This document shows, in pieces, positions 18,704 to 29,471 of a stretch of DNA of 64,000 nucleotides. How positions within the stretch are numbered: the stretch's first letter is position 1; every line of letters starts with the position of its first letter. The position numbers and the translations under genes were made by a program. This DNA comes from an uncultured Lentisphaerales bacterium (GTDB lineage Bacteria > Verrucomicrobiota > Lentisphaeria > JABSQK01 > UBA12247). Where the stretch lies: positions 64,001 through 128,000 of the forward strand of contig CALSSJ010000010.1 in assembly GCA_943788985.1 (NCBI GenBank), written 5' to 3'. The notes below the pieces were generated by a model. The model was not told the origin of the DNA. It made no database searches and saw only the letters and a list, made by a program, of their open reading frames with translations.

Positions 18704-20568
18704 CAGGCCTAATCGACCCCAATACGCCGCCGGATGAGGCGACGCTGGCGCGGATGGCCGAGACGATGGTGACGCGGGGTCCCGATGCGGTCGGCTATTG
18801 GACGCATCACGCCGCCGGACTTGCGCATCGACGCTTGTCGATTATCGACCTGAGCGAGGCTGGGCGCCAGCCGTTGTTCAACGAGGACCGAAGCCTGGCC
18901 TTGGTCGCCAATGGCGAGATTTACGGGCATTGCGAACTCCGCAAAGACTTGGAGGCGCGCGGCCATCGGTTCGCGTCAGGAAGCGATAGCGAGTGCCTGT
19001 TGCACCTCTATGAGGAGTACGGCGAGAAAATGGTGGAACGCCTGAATGGGATGTTCGCTTTTGCGATCGTGGAGGTGCAGACCGGACGGCTGTTTCTGGC
19101 GCGAGACCGGCTGGGCCAGAAGCCACTCTTTTACGCGGTGAAGGGCGATCGCATTGCCTTTGCCAGCGGCCCACGGGCACTGGCGACGCTGCCGTGGGTG
19201 GATCGCACCTTGGATCCGCAGGCCATCTACGACTACCTGGAGATGCAGTATGTCCCGGGCCCAAGGACCATTTATTGCGGAGTTCGCAAACTGCTGCCGG
19301 GGCATTCGGCGCTGTGGCAGGGGCAAGAGCTGACGCTGCGCAGCTACTGGGATCCGGGTGCTGCGCGGGCGCCGTTTCAGGGCAGCTTCGCCGATGGCAA
19401 GGCTGCGTTGCGCGAGACGATGGGCCGGGCTGTCGAACGACGCATGGTGGCGGATGTTCCGCTGGGAATGTTCCTGAGCGGCGGCGTGGATTCGAGCGTG
19501 ATCTGCGCGCTGGGCCAAGAAGCCTCGGTGCGGCCGGTGCAGACCTTCTCGCTTGGGTTCCCCGAGCGCAAGTATGATGAGCGCGAGTACGCGGCGCAGG
19601 TGGCGCAACATCTTGGGACCGACCATCATTTTCTGGAGGTGTCGCCGGATGATTTCTCGCGACTCCCTACGATCTGCGCAGACTTTGAGGAGCCGTTCGC
19701 CGATGCCAGCATGCTGCCCACCTGGCTGCTGAGCCAGTTTACGCGCCAACACGTGACCGTGGCGCTAAGCGGTGACGCGGCTGATGAATTGTTTGCCGGG
19801 TACTATCGCTACGCGGTAATGAAGATGGCGCAGAACTTCAATCTGGTCCCGGGCTCGCTGCGCGGGCCGCTGACCGCTGCGGGACTCGCAATCCTGCCGC
19901 CTAAGCGAGAGGAGCGCACGTTCTTTGGCCGGCTGCGCCGGATTGTGGAGATCGCGGGCCCGACGGATGCGGCGCGCTACTTGCAGTTGATCTCGCGGTT
20001 TCGCGATGCGCAAAAGGGTGCAATTCTGGGTGCAAACTTCGCGGATGCGGGCCTGCGGCCTACGGGCGAGTGGCTGGGCAGCAGCTGGAATGGTGCGGAT
20101 GGCGATGGCCTGGCCGCGATGGCGCTCGATATGCACACGTACTTACCAAATGACATTCTGGTAAAGGTGGACCGGGCCTCAATGGCCCATGGGCTGGAGG
20201 TACGCAGCCCGTTTCTGGATCCAGAAGTGGTCGAACTGGCGCTGTCGATGCCGTTCGACTGGAAACTGAACGGGCGCACGCGCAAGCACATCTTGGTGGA
20301 GTCGTTTCGGGATAAGCTGCCCGCGGCAATCTTTGCGCGGGGCAAGATGGGCTTTGGTGTGCCGGTGGCGCGCTGGTTCCGCGGCGCCTGGGAAAAACCG
20401 CTCCGCGATCATTTACTGGGCGGCCAGTTGATTCGTGAGGGCTGGCTGGATGAGGCAGGCGTGCAGGCGCTCATTGACCAGCATGTCGGGATGAAGGCGG
20501 ATACGAGCTATTCGCTGTTCGCGCTGCTGATGCTGGAGCTGTGGCTCGCAGGCTCTGAGGCGGTTTAG
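18691..20568 (+). CDS. asnB: Asparagine synthase (glutamine-hydrolysing) family amidotransferase
   Basis: MCGIAG start, HRRLSIIDL, NGEIY, LARDRLGQKPL, LSGGVDSS and KVDRASMAHGLEVRSPFLD. Confidence 0.95.
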   Translation: MCGIAGLIDPNTPPDEATLARMAETMVTRGPDAVGYWTHHAAGLAHRRLSIIDLSEAGRQPLFNEDRSLALVANGEIYGHCELRKDLEARGHRFASGSDSECLLHLYEEYGEKMVERLNGMFAFAIVEVQTGRLFLARDRLGQKPLFYAVKGDRIAFASGPRALATLPWVDRTLDPQAIYDYLEMQYVPGPRTIYCGVRKLLPGHSALWQGQELTLRSYWDPGAARAPFQGSFADGKAALRETMGRAVERRMVADVPLGMFLSGGVDSSVICALGQEASVRPVQTFSLGFPERKYDEREYAAQVAQHLGTDHHFLEVSPDDFSRLPTICADFEEPFADASMLPTWLLSQFTRQHVTVALSGDAADELFAGYYRYAVMKMAQNFNLVPGSLRGPLTAAGLAILPPKREERTFFGRLRRIVEIAGPTDAARYLQLISRFRDAQKGAILGANFADAGLRPTGEWLGSSWNGADGDGLAAMALDMHTYLPNDILVKVDRASMAHGLEVRSPFLDPEVVELALSMPFDWKLNGRTRKHILVESFRDKLPAAIFARGKMGFGVPVARWFRGAWEKPLRDHLLGGQLIREGWLDEAGVQALIDQHVGMKADTSYSLFALLMLELWLAGSEAV

Positions 20569-20676
20569 CGGGCCGGTTACAGGCTCACGCGAGCTCAAGC
20601 CACGTTGGGGCTGAGAAAATTCGGACTAATAAGTCCAACCTACATCAAGCGGGGACAATGGTCAGCGATGGGCTAA

Positions 20677-21009
20677 CTACCGAGACTCGAGCCAAGATTT
20701 GAGTTGGGCGAGTTCAGCCTCCGTGAGGACGGAGGCCTGGTAGGCTTCTTTGGATAGGCCAAGCTTCTCGAGGTACTTTTCCTTGTACTTGCCAGGTGGC
20801 ATGTATTCGTCTTCGACGACTTCGACAAGGACGTCTTCGAGGTCGGCAAGTATGGACTCTAGGTCCGGATAGGCGACTTCTGCGGTCTTGCTCTCGCCAT
20901 GCTGGCCGTGGCAGGGGAAGCAGCCCTTCCTGATGATCCGCTCGATCTCCACCTCAGCGGCGCACACCCAAAGGGTGGCGAACAAGAAGACGAGAAAAAT
21001 CCGGGTCAT
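20677..21009 (-). CDS. Small secreted monoheme cytochrome c-like protein
   Basis: Signal peptide, CFPCH heme motif, YMPP axial Met and LTEAELAQLKSWL. Confidence 0.75.
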   Translation of the reverse strand: MTRIFLVFLFATLWVCAAEVEIERIIRKGCFPCHGQHGESKTAEVAYPDLESILADLEDVLVEVVEDEYMPPGKYKEKYLEKLGLSKEAYQASVLTEAELAQLKSWLESR

Positions 21010-21035
21010 CACAACCTCGCAGGGGGAGAGTGGTG

Positions 21036-21108
21036 TGGCAAGGGTCGGAGTCGAACCGACGACACAGGGATTTTCAGTCCCCTGCTCTACCAACTGAGCT
21101 ACCCCGCC
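21036..21108 (-). tRNA. tRNA-Phe (GAA)
   Basis: Reverse complement GGCGGGGTAGCTCAGTTGGTAGAGCAGGGGACTGAAAATCCCTGTGTCGTCGGTTCGACTCCGACCCTTGCCA. Confidence 0.96.
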
Positions 21109-21111
21109 ATG

Positions 21112-21188
21112 TGGTACACCCGGGAGGACTCGAACCTCCAACCTTCTGGTTCGTAGCCAGACACTCTATCCAATTGAGCTACGGGTGC
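21112..21188 (-). tRNA. tRNA-Arg (ACG)
   Basis: Reverse complement GCACCCGTAGCTCAATTGGATAGAGTGTCTGGCTACGAACCAGAAGGTTGGAGGTTCGAGTCCTCCCGGGTGTACCA. Confidence 0.96.
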
Positions 21189-21371
21189 ACAGTTGTGAGC
21201 CGCATACCTTAGGCGCGGTCCAAGATGGGTCAAACCGTTCTCTTTCACTCTCTCGAAAAATGTTGATCGCTGCCCTGCCGAAAGGGCGCCGGAATTCCAG
21301 CATTGCAGGGCCATCGCTGCCCGGTACTGTACGCGTTTGCCTTATTTCCCCTTATAACGTGTAGACCCGCA

Positions 21372-22754
21372 ATGCCTGAAGAAAGTATTACAGCTTCAGA
21401 ATCCACTCGCTCTTATCATATCTGGACCATGGGGTGCCAGATGAATGAGGCGGACTCGCGACGCGTGGCGTCGGAGTTGGAACATCTGGGCTATCAGCCG
21501 AGCGATGCGCCGGAAGAGTCGGATCTGGTGATTCTCAATACCTGCGTGGTCAAACAGCAGGCAGAAGACCGAATCTATGGCCGGCTGGGGTCGCTCAAGA
21601 CAGCCAAGGAGCGGCGTCCAGATATGACGCTGGCGTTGATGGGCTGCTTCGTGGGCGTGAAGGAAGCGCCGCGGCTGCAAAAGACTTTTCCGTTTGTCGA
21701 TGTGTTCATGCCGCCCTCGGACTCCGGGCCGCTGCTGGACTATTTGCAGCAGACGAAGCTGTATGACGGAGCGTTGGAAGCGGAGGCGCAGGATCGCAAC
21801 TTGCGGGACTTGGTGCAGGACGCGGACTTGCTGCTGCCGATCGAGCAGCGCAAGGCCAATGCAATCTCGGCCCATGTTCCGATCGTGCTGGGTTGCTCGC
21901 ACGCATGCTCTTTCTGTATCATCCCGTATCGTCGGGGCCGCGAGCGCAGTCGCGAACGCCAAGACGTGCTACAGGAAGTGCGGCTGTTGGTCGACCAGGG
22001 CGTCAAAGAGATCACTCTGCTCGGGCAGATTGTGGATCGCTACGGCCTAGAGCTTGATGCGCCGACGACATTGGCGCGGTTGCTGCGAGATGTCCACGAG
22101 ATTGAGGGCCTGGAGCGGATTCGCTTTCTCACCAGCCACCCAAACTGGATGACCGATGAATTGCTCGACGCGGTGGCAGAGCTGCCACGCGCTATGCCGC
22201 ATCTGGAAGTGCCGATTCAGGCCGGGAATGACGAAGTGCTCGAAGGCATGCGTCGCGGCTATACGGTAGATGATTTTCGCCGATTGACGGACCGGATCCG
22301 CAGTCGGATTCCGGATGCGGCGATCAATACCGACATCATCGTCGGCTTTCCCGGAGAAACCGACGCGCAGTTCGAGGACACATGCAATGTCTGCCAAGAG
22401 ATTGGGTTCGACAAGATTCATCTCTCGAAGTACTCCGAGCGTCCCAAGACCGTCGCGGCGCGATTCCATCCTGACACAGTTAGTGAGAAGGACAAGACCC
22501 GGCGCTGGCATCAGCTGGACGGGATCCAACGGGAACTGCTTGCAGTCAAGCAACAGCAGACTGTGGGCGAGACCGTGGAGGTGTTGATCGACCGACACGC
22601 CAAGGGCCGACCTGGCGGGCGTACGCCACACAATAAGCTAGTTTATATCGATGCCGAGCCGCATGAATCACTGCTCGGCCAAACGCGTGCGGTGACCATT
22701 CATCACGCCACGCCCTACTCCATGATCGGTTCTTTGGCAGGAGCACACGCCTGA
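21372..22754 (+). CDS. miaB: tRNA-2-methylthio-N6-dimethylallyladenosine synthase
   Basis: TMGCQMNEADS, LNTCVV, radical SAM CSHACSFC, IRFLTSHP, TDIIVGFPGET and a TRAM domain. Confidence 0.93.
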   Translation: MPEESITASESTRSYHIWTMGCQMNEADSRRVASELEHLGYQPSDAPEESDLVILNTCVVKQQAEDRIYGRLGSLKTAKERRPDMTLALMGCFVGVKEAPRLQKTFPFVDVFMPPSDSGPLLDYLQQTKLYDGALEAEAQDRNLRDLVQDADLLLPIEQRKANAISAHVPIVLGCSHACSFCIIPYRRGRERSRERQDVLQEVRLLVDQGVKEITLLGQIVDRYGLELDAPTTLARLLRDVHEIEGLERIRFLTSHPNWMTDELLDAVAELPRAMPHLEVPIQAGNDEVLEGMRRGYTVDDFRRLTDRIRSRIPDAAINTDIIVGFPGETDAQFEDTCNVCQEIGFDKIHLSKYSERPKTVAARFHPDTVSEKDKTRRWHQLDGIQRELLAVKQQQTVGETVEVLIDRHAKGRPGGRTPHNKLVYIDAEPHESLLGQTRAVTIHHATPYSMIGSLAGAHA

Positions 22755-22758
22755 TTTT

Positions 22759-23587
22759 ATGTATACGTTTCTTGTAGCAATCGCCGCCGCAACTGCGGCA
22801 TACGCAATTGGTCACTCGATCGAGTGGGGGCCCACCTTTGCAGTTCTAACCTTTATTGGCGTGCTGATTTACTGTTTCCGCAAGTTCGGCAAGAAACTCC
22901 AGGCTGTGGTCGAAGAGGCGCAGCAGATTGTGTTGGGAGGGCGCGCCGAAGTTGAGAAGCTGATTCAGCGCGCGCAATCCAAGCCGATGGGCTCGCAGAA
23001 GATGTTGGAAGAGAAGGCCGAGAAGATGATCGCCGACTCGGTCCGCACGGCGCTCATTTCGCTTGACACCGCCGAGCCACTATTCAAGTGGGTCGCAATG
23101 GGCAAACGCCAGATTAGCACGGTCAAGATGCAGTGGCTCTATCAAATCAAGGCCTTTGACGAGGCGGACCCCTTGATGGCGAAGGCATTTGAAATGGATC
23201 CATTGGTGATCGCCATGAAGATGGGCCCGCGCCTACATGAAGGATGCGGACGCAGATCTGGAGCCGCTGTTCAAGCGTGGCACTCGCAAGTTCAAGGGGG
23301 ACAAGGGGCTGATCCTGTACTCTCTGATGGCCTGGGTAAACCTCAAGCGTAAGAACAATGAGCGGGCGCTGGAGATTCTGGTCCAAGCCAAGGAACGAAC
23401 GGAGAGTACCGTAATTCGGAAGAACTGGGAGCATGTGGTAAACAACAAAGTGCACATGTTCTCCAACGCCGGACTTGGCGATGCCTGGTATTCATTGCAT
23501 CTTGAGAAACCGCCGCGGCAGAAAGCCGGTAAGGGGCAGCTGAAAAGCCACCCCATGTACGGACGCGGCAAACGTCGATTTGTCTAG
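22759..23587 (+). CDS. Hypothetical membrane/TPR-like protein, split by a frameshift near 23223
   Basis: ORFs 22759..23352 and 23237..23587 join into one reading frame (…AMKMARAYMKD…) if one base is removed at atgggccc. Confidence 0.65.
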
Positions 23588-23608
23588 CTAGACGGAAAGG
23601 GGGCCATT

Positions 23609-24637
23609 GTGCGCGTACTGGTCACTGGCATTATAGCCGGAATTGAGGATAAGAAGGCCATTCGTGAAGTGGTTGAGCTGGGCAAGGACGATGGTCTCGA
23701 TATCGCAACCTATGACCTGATTGATTCGCTGGAGAGCACCGGCGGCAAGAAGCTTCATCGGCTACTCGGCACGACAAACTACCTCTTTGAGGTGCTGCGC
23801 GAACGCGAGTACAGAAAGATGGGCTTCCAGATGGAGCGCGATAATGTCAAAGACGCGATCATCCGTGCGCCTGCGACCGTCGAATGGAAGCGGATCAATT
23901 TTAAGCTGAAGGACCATGAAGAGATCGCTGAGTTTATCCAGCCAGATGTGGTGGTCACGCTGATTGATGCGGAATGGCTGATTCAGGAACGCTTCAAGCA
24001 CCCCGAGGTGCAGACCGAGTTCTTCCAGATCATTCAGCAGCAGAACCACACGATCAATGAGATCCTAGGCTGGATGAACGAAGAAGTGAGCCTAAGTGAA
24101 GATTGGGCGCGGCATTTCGGCGTGCGCCACTACGTGATTCCGCTGGGTCAGGATCCGGAGAGTATTTACAAGCTCGTCAAATACGGGGATGTCCCCTCTT
24201 TCTACGTGTCCTACTCCATGACGCACTCCGAACCCGCCGAGCGCGAAGAGATCAACGCGGTGATCAATCGCTTGACCAAATATGGCCTGGTGATCGATCC
24301 ACAGGCGATCGAGATTGGCTTTAATTTCGAGAATGCCAAGGATAAACAGGCGACCTTCAGCCACACGGTGCACCGTGACCTGCATTGGTTTGTCGGGAAA
24401 GTGGACGCGGTGGTCGCGATTCATCCCTATGCCAAACGACCGCCAATGTCGACCGGAATGATGGATGAGCTTGGCCATGCCCGAGACTATCTTAAGAAGC
24501 GGTACATGATCTATCCGCCCAATCATCTCAGCCCATTCACGACCGACAGCTATATCGAGCCTGGGCACGTGTTTGCCGACCCCGAGGAATTCTTCCTCTG
24601 CTTGGAAAGTGAAGGGTACCGCCCTCTCGGCGAATAG
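23609..24637 (+). CDS. Hypothetical protein: nucleotide-kinase-like N-domain fused to a nucleoside 2-deoxyribosyltransferase-like C-domain
   Basis: N-terminal RVLVTGIIAG and PDVVVTLID; C-terminal FYVSYSMT...IDP...RDL...VDAVVA...STGMMDELGHA. Confidence 0.6.
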   Translation: MRVLVTGIIAGIEDKKAIREVVELGKDDGLDIATYDLIDSLESTGGKKLHRLLGTTNYLFEVLREREYRKMGFQMERDNVKDAIIRAPATVEWKRINFKLKDHEEIAEFIQPDVVVTLIDAEWLIQERFKHPEVQTEFFQIIQQQNHTINEILGWMNEEVSLSEDWARHFGVRHYVIPLGQDPESIYKLVKYGDVPSFYVSYSMTHSEPAEREEINAVINRLTKYGLVIDPQAIEIGFNFENAKDKQATFSHTVHRDLHWFVGKVDAVVAIHPYAKRPPMSTGMMDELGHARDYLKKRYMIYPPNHLSPFTTDSYIEPGHVFADPEEFFLCLESEGYRPLGE

Positions 24638-24643
24638 CACCCG

Positions 24644-25815
24644 ATGAAGAGCACAAGACCCACGGTGCTCGTCCTCGCACTCGAACGCCTCGATCGAGAC
24701 ATCCGCATCCAGAAGCAGATCCGGACTCTCCAGCGAGGGATTCGACGTCACGCTCGCGGCCTTGAGCCGCGCGCCAGGGCTCTGGCTACGACTTCGTCCA
24801 GCTTGAACAGCGCAAGTGGAGTGGCTGCATTTTTTGGGTATCTGCTAAAATTCAAGCCACTGGCTACGCTCCTTTCTCCCACCTTCGCATGCGGCTGGCG
24901 TTTTACGTATCGAGTATCGCGAAATTGGACAGGCAAGACCTGATCGTATGCAACAACGTTGAATCGCTTCCGATTGGACTCTACCTGAAGCGAAAATGGG
25001 GCTGCCGATTACTTGCCGATTTGCATGAGTACGCAGCGGCAGGGCATCGCCATGCAGCGAAGCGAGATCGAGCCATCCGGCTGTGCCGCGACTGCTTTCC
25101 GCATATTGACCAAGCGCTGACGGTCAGTCATGGACTGGAAAAATTATATAAAGACGATTTTTCCTTAGACTGCAAGGTCGTCCCCAATGTGCCCTATCGT
25201 CACCCAGGGCCACACTCGCCATGCTGCGTGGATCGACCGCCATTTCGAATGGTCTGTCACGGAATCTGCGCAGCCGGTCGAGGTCTATTGGAGCTTCTGG
25301 AGCTGGCAGCCCTCTTGGAGAACTCGTGGTCCTTAACGCTCATGCTGGTGCCACCTGAGAGCAATCGCGGGTCCACAACCTACGACCTTATCGTGGGGCG
25401 GGCCGCAGCCCTGAAAAATGTGGAAATTCGACCACCCGTCCCAGCGGATCAGGTCGTCTCAGAGATTTCGAAGTATGACGCAGGCGTTTACCTGATGCCT
25501 GGCGATTCGCTGAACAAGATCCATGCGATGCCCAATAAATTCTACGATTTCATTCAGGCCGGCCTTGCGGTATTTGTGGGCCCTGACCTGCTTGAGATGG
25601 CAGAATTTGTGACCTCTAAGAACTGTGGATTCGTCTGCGAGGCGCACAGCCCCGCTAGCATGGCTAGCTTGCTAGCTTCAATCGACTCCGAGCGTCTTCT
25701 TGAACTCAAGGAAGGATCTCGAGCTGCGGCGGCGCAGTGGTGCCACGAAGTCCACGAAGACAGATTGCTCGACTACGCGCTGACTCTCTGCAGACCTGAG
25801 AGTTCTGCGGGCTAA
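24644..25815 (+). CDS. Glycosyltransferase family 4-like, 5' part frameshifted
   Basis: DIRIQKQI at the N-terminus; ADLHE, GRGL and MPNKFYDFIQAGLAV. Frame breaks around 24735-24780. Confidence 0.75.
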
Positions 25816-25855
25816 ATCAGCCTCCCCAATCAAAGGTACCGAGTCACAATGCGGG

Positions 25856-26959
25856 TCAGAGCTCGCGACAAATGCCTTGGTGGAGCAGGAGCTTTTGGGC
25901 GGGGATCGCAATATGCGTGTGGCTGAGTTCGAGCAGGCCGTGGTCGACCAAGGCTGAGGCGCTGTCGGGCAGCAGCTCGGCGACTGTGAAGCCGGTGCGC
26001 TGGTGAAAGGCATCGCGCTCCCAGCCTCCGACTAGGCGCAGGCCGGTGCAGAGAATCTCGTGGGCTCGGTCGCGCGTTGAGATGGTATCTGCCTCGGGGT
26101 GCTCAGCGGCTAACCAGCGGGCGAGGTCGGGGAGATTGCGCCAACGAGTCTCCCCGTCGAACCAACAGGCACTGGGGCCAGCGCCAGCGAAGCTGCCGCC
26201 ACGCCAGATGTCGACGTTGTGGCGACACTCCGCGCCGGGAAGGGCGAGGTTGGAGATCTCGTAGAGCTGGAGGTCGATGGCGGCCAAGGCTTCGACGCCG
26301 TGCGTCCAGAAGTCGGCCATGCGGTCATCGTCTGCCGCCTCTGCGCCGCGATCAGCAAGCGGCGTGAAGGGCTCGATCGAGAGCGCGTACATGGAGACGT
26401 GGTCGGGTGCGAACTCCGCAACTGCAGCAACGTCGGCAGCCCATTCGGCTAGGGTTTGGTCCTGGGCGCCGTAGATGAGGTCGCAATTCATGTGTGCGAA
26501 GTTCGCACTGCGAATGCGCTCGACTGCTTTGCGGACGAGCTTGGCTGCGCCGGGTCGCCCGAGGGCCTTGCGGGTGCGGTCGTTGAGGCTCTCGACACCA
26601 AGGGAGATGCGGTTGACGCCGTGGTCCTGCATGATCTTGAGGCGGTCGGGCGTGAGCGAGAGGGGGTTGCCCTCCATGGTGAATTCGCAGTCGGCGGCGA
26701 GGGTGAAGTGGGTGTGAATCTGGCGCAGGAAGCGCTGGAGTTCGCTGACGGTGAGGTGGGTGGGGGTGCCACCACCGACAAAGATAGCGTCGAGCGGCAC
26801 TGCCTGCGGGGCGAACTCCGCAAATTCGGCGTCCACGCGCTGGAGGTAGCGCTCGCGCTGGATGTCGCTGCCACCAGCCAGGGTGTAGAAGGCGCAGTAG
26901 TCGCAGCGCACGGCGCAGAAGGGGACGTGGACGTAGAGGGAGGCGAAGGGCTGGGTCAC
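25856..26959 (-). CDS. hemW: Radical SAM heme chaperone HemW
   Basis: LYVHVPFCAVRCDYCAF, GGGTPT, NRISLGVES and YEISN. Confidence 0.9.
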   Translation of the reverse strand: MTQPFASLYVHVPFCAVRCDYCAFYTLAGGSDIQRERYLQRVDAEFAEFAPQAVPLDAIFVGGGTPTHLTVSELQRFLRQIHTHFTLAADCEFTMEGNPLSLTPDRLKIMQDHGVNRISLGVESLNDRTRKALGRPGAAKLVRKAVERIRSANFAHMNCDLIYGAQDQTLAEWAADVAAVAEFAPDHVSMYALSIEPFTPLADRGAEAADDDRMADFWTHGVEALAAIDLQLYEISNLALPGAECRHNVDIWRGGSFAGAGPSACWFDGETRWRNLPDLARWLAAEHPEADTISTRDRAHEILCTGLRLVGGWERDAFHQRTGFTVAELLPDSASALVDHGLLELSHTHIAIPAQKLLLHQGICREL

Positions 26960-27690
26960 AGGGCGGCTCGGATGGTGGCGAGGTCGATGTGCTGGCGGAT
27001 GGCGGCACGCACTGCAGTGGGGCTGAGATCGCTCAGCTCGGGCAGGTAGCCGAGGATGGGGCACTGGGTGAGGGCCTGGACGTAGAGCGGGTTGCTGGCC
27101 TCTGGCTGTGTGCGTTGCGAACTCCGCAAAAGCTGGTCCATGGTGCGAGCCGGGGGAAGGGGCCCGGTGTAGCGGTTGAAGATGATGCCAGCGACGGTGA
27201 GGCCGAGCTGCCGGGCACAGCGGACGGTCATGACGGTGTGGTTGATGGCGCCCAGACCGGCTGGGGCGATGATGAGCAGGGGCAGCTGGAGGGCGGTTGC
27301 GAGGTCCGCAACTGTGGTGTCATGGGCGATGGGGGCGAAGAGGCCGCCAGCGCCTTCGACGAGGAGTCGCTGATAGGGCAGGGCGTCGCGGCCGGCGAGC
27401 AGGGCGGGCAGGGTGAGTTCGCGCCCCTCGAGCCGCGCCGCGAGGTCGGGGGTGACGGCGTGCGGCAGGCTGTGCGGGCAAATTGCGGACTCCGCGTCCG
27501 GAACACCGGAGAGGGCCTTGAGTCTGGCACTGTCGGCGTCTGGCTGGCCACAAAGCGCACCAGATTGCACGGGCTTCCAGATGCCAAGATCCAGACCGTC
27601 TTCACGCAGGCAGCCGACTATGCCACCGGTAAGGATGGTCTTTCCGACTTCGGTGTCGGTGGCGGTAATGAACAGCCCTGGTTGGGGCAT
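26956..27690 (-). CDS. bioD: Dethiobiotin synthase
   Basis: FITATDTEVGKT, WKPVQSG, VEGAGG and LGAINHT. Confidence 0.95.
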   Translation of the reverse strand: MPQPGLFITATDTEVGKTILTGGIVGCLREDGLDLGIWKPVQSGALCGQPDADSARLKALSGVPDAESAICPHSLPHAVTPDLAARLEGRELTLPALLAGRDALPYQRLLVEGAGGLFAPIAHDTTVADLATALQLPLLIIAPAGLGAINHTVMTVRCARQLGLTVAGIIFNRYTGPLPPARTMDQLLRSSQRTQPEASNPLYVQALTQCPILGYLPELSDLSPTAVRAAIRQHIDLATIRAAL

Positions 27691-27700
27691 GGCGTATCTG

Positions 27701-28444
27701 CTACTGCATGACCATGCCGCCATCGACGGTCAGGGTTTGACCGGTGATGTAGGAGGCGGCAGGTGAGACGAGAAAGGAGACGGCAGCAGCGATGTCTTCG
27801 GGACTGCCAGGACGGGCCAGCGGGATGTGGGTGAGGAAGGCCTCGCGCTGTTCGTCGGTGAGTTCGTCGGTCATCTCGGTGGCGATGTAGCCGGGGGCCA
27901 CGGTGTTCACGGTGATGTTCCGCGCAGCAAGCTCCTTGGCAGCAGCCTTGCCGAGGCCGATGAGACCAGCCTTGGAGGCGGAGTAGTTCGCCTGGCCAGC
28001 ATTGCCGGTGAGGCCGACGATAGAGGAAATGTTGACGATGCGACCGCTGCGGGCTTTCATCATGGGCCGGCTGACTGCTTTGATACAGTTGAAGGCACCG
28101 CGCAGATTGATGTTCATGACGGTGTCCCAGTCGTCCTGCTTGAGACGCACGAGCAGGTTGTCGCGGGTGACGCCGGCATTGTTCACGAGGATGTCGATGC
28201 GGCCGTGGCTCTTGCTGATCTGCTTGACCATAGCGTCGATTTCTGCGGACTCCGCAACGTTGGCAAGATGACTCTCGATGGTGAGGCCGTCGACAGCAAG
28301 CTCGTCGATGGCCGCTTGGGCTGGTTCGGGTCGAACGCTGACGATGATGACGCGGGCGCCCTGGGCTGCGAGCGAGCGTGCGATTCCTTTGCCGATACCG
28401 CGGGAACCGCCGGTAACGATTGCGACTTGATCTGTGAGGTCCAT
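27701..28444 (-). CDS. fabG: 3-oxoacyl-ACP reductase
   Basis: TGGSRGIG, NNAGVTRD, NYSASKAG and VAPGYIAT. Confidence 0.95.
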   Translation of the reverse strand: MDLTDQVAIVTGGSRGIGKGIARSLAAQGARVIIVSVRPEPAQAAIDELAVDGLTIESHLANVAESAEIDAMVKQISKSHGRIDILVNNAGVTRDNLLVRLKQDDWDTVMNINLRGAFNCIKAVSRPMMKARSGRIVNISSIVGLTGNAGQANYSASKAGLIGLGKAAAKELAARNITVNTVAPGYIATEMTDELTDEQREAFLTHIPLARPGSPEDIAAAVSFLVSPAASYITGQTLTVDGGMVMQ

Positions 28445-28459
28445 GGTGAGACTCCTAAA

Positions 28460-29449
28460 TTACCATTGAATGAGGCTGGCGCCCCAGGTGAGGCCAGCTC
28501 CGAACGCGACCAGCAGGAGATAGTCGTCTTGTTTTACGAGGTCGTTGCGCACCAGTTCATCGAGGGCGATAGGAATGGTAGCCGCTGAGGTGTTGCCATA
28601 CTTTGGCAGGTTGATGTAGGCCCGGTCTTCGGGGAGCCGCAGGCGCTTGGCCACGCTGTTGATGATACGGACGTTAGCCTGATGGGGCACGAGCCAGCGG
28701 ACCTGGTCGATGTCGATGGGGCTGTGGGCAAGGGCCTCGAGTGCGGCGCTGGCCATGGTGTTGACGGCAAGCTTGAAGACTTCCTGGCCGGACATGGCGA
28801 GGTAGTGCAGCTTCTGGTCGATGACTTCCTGGCAGATCGGGTAGGCAGAGCCGCCTGCGGGGATATGCAGGATGTCAGTATGGGCACCGTCGCTTCCCAT
28901 CTTGGAGCTAAGGTAGTGGTTCTGGTCTGGCGCACAGGCTTGAAGAACTGCAGCTCCGGCTCCGTCACCGAAGAGGACGCAGGTGCTGCGGTCATCCCAG
29001 TTCATGATGGAGGATAGCTTCTCGGCACCAATGATCAGGGCATTACGCACCATACCGGAACGAATCAGGGCGGCGCCGATGTCCAGGATGTAGAGAAAGC
29101 CCGAACAGGCTGCTTCTACGGAGAAGCAGGTGGCATTTACGGCACCGATGCGCTGCTGGACGAAGCAGGCGGTGTTGGGAAAGATTTTATCCGGGGTGAT
29201 CGTGGCTACGATGATGAGCTCTACTTCTTCGGGAGTCATGCCCGCGGCATCAAGCGCGCGCTCGGCGGCAGCGGCGCCGAGAGCGCTGGTGGGCTCATCG
29301 TCTGCCGCGAAGTGACGTTGCTCGATGCCTGTTCGGGTCCGAATCCAGTCATCGGTGGTGTCGACGATGGTTTCGAGCTCTTTATTGGTTACGACTCGCT
29401 CGGGGAGATAGGAGCCGGTGCCGGTGATGCGCACGCCGATTGCTTCCAT
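28460..29449 (-). CDS. fabH: Beta-ketoacyl-ACP synthase III
   Basis: GTGSYLP, AACSGF, LFGDGAGA, PHQAN and YGNTSAA. Confidence 0.96.
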   Translation of the reverse strand: MEAIGVRITGTGSYLPERVVTNKELETIVDTTDDWIRTRTGIEQRHFAADDEPTSALGAAAAERALDAAGMTPEEVELIIVATITPDKIFPNTACFVQQRIGAVNATCFSVEAACSGFLYILDIGAALIRSGMVRNALIIGAEKLSSIMNWDDRSTCVLFGDGAGAAVLQACAPDQNHYLSSKMGSDGAHTDILHIPAGGSAYPICQEVIDQKLHYLAMSGQEVFKLAVNTMASAALEALAHSPIDIDQVRWLVPHQANVRIINSVAKRLRLPEDRAYINLPKYGNTSAATIPIALDELVRNDLVKQDDYLLLVAFGAGLTWGASLIQW

Positions 29450-29471
29450 GGCTAAATGTCCTGGGTTTTAT

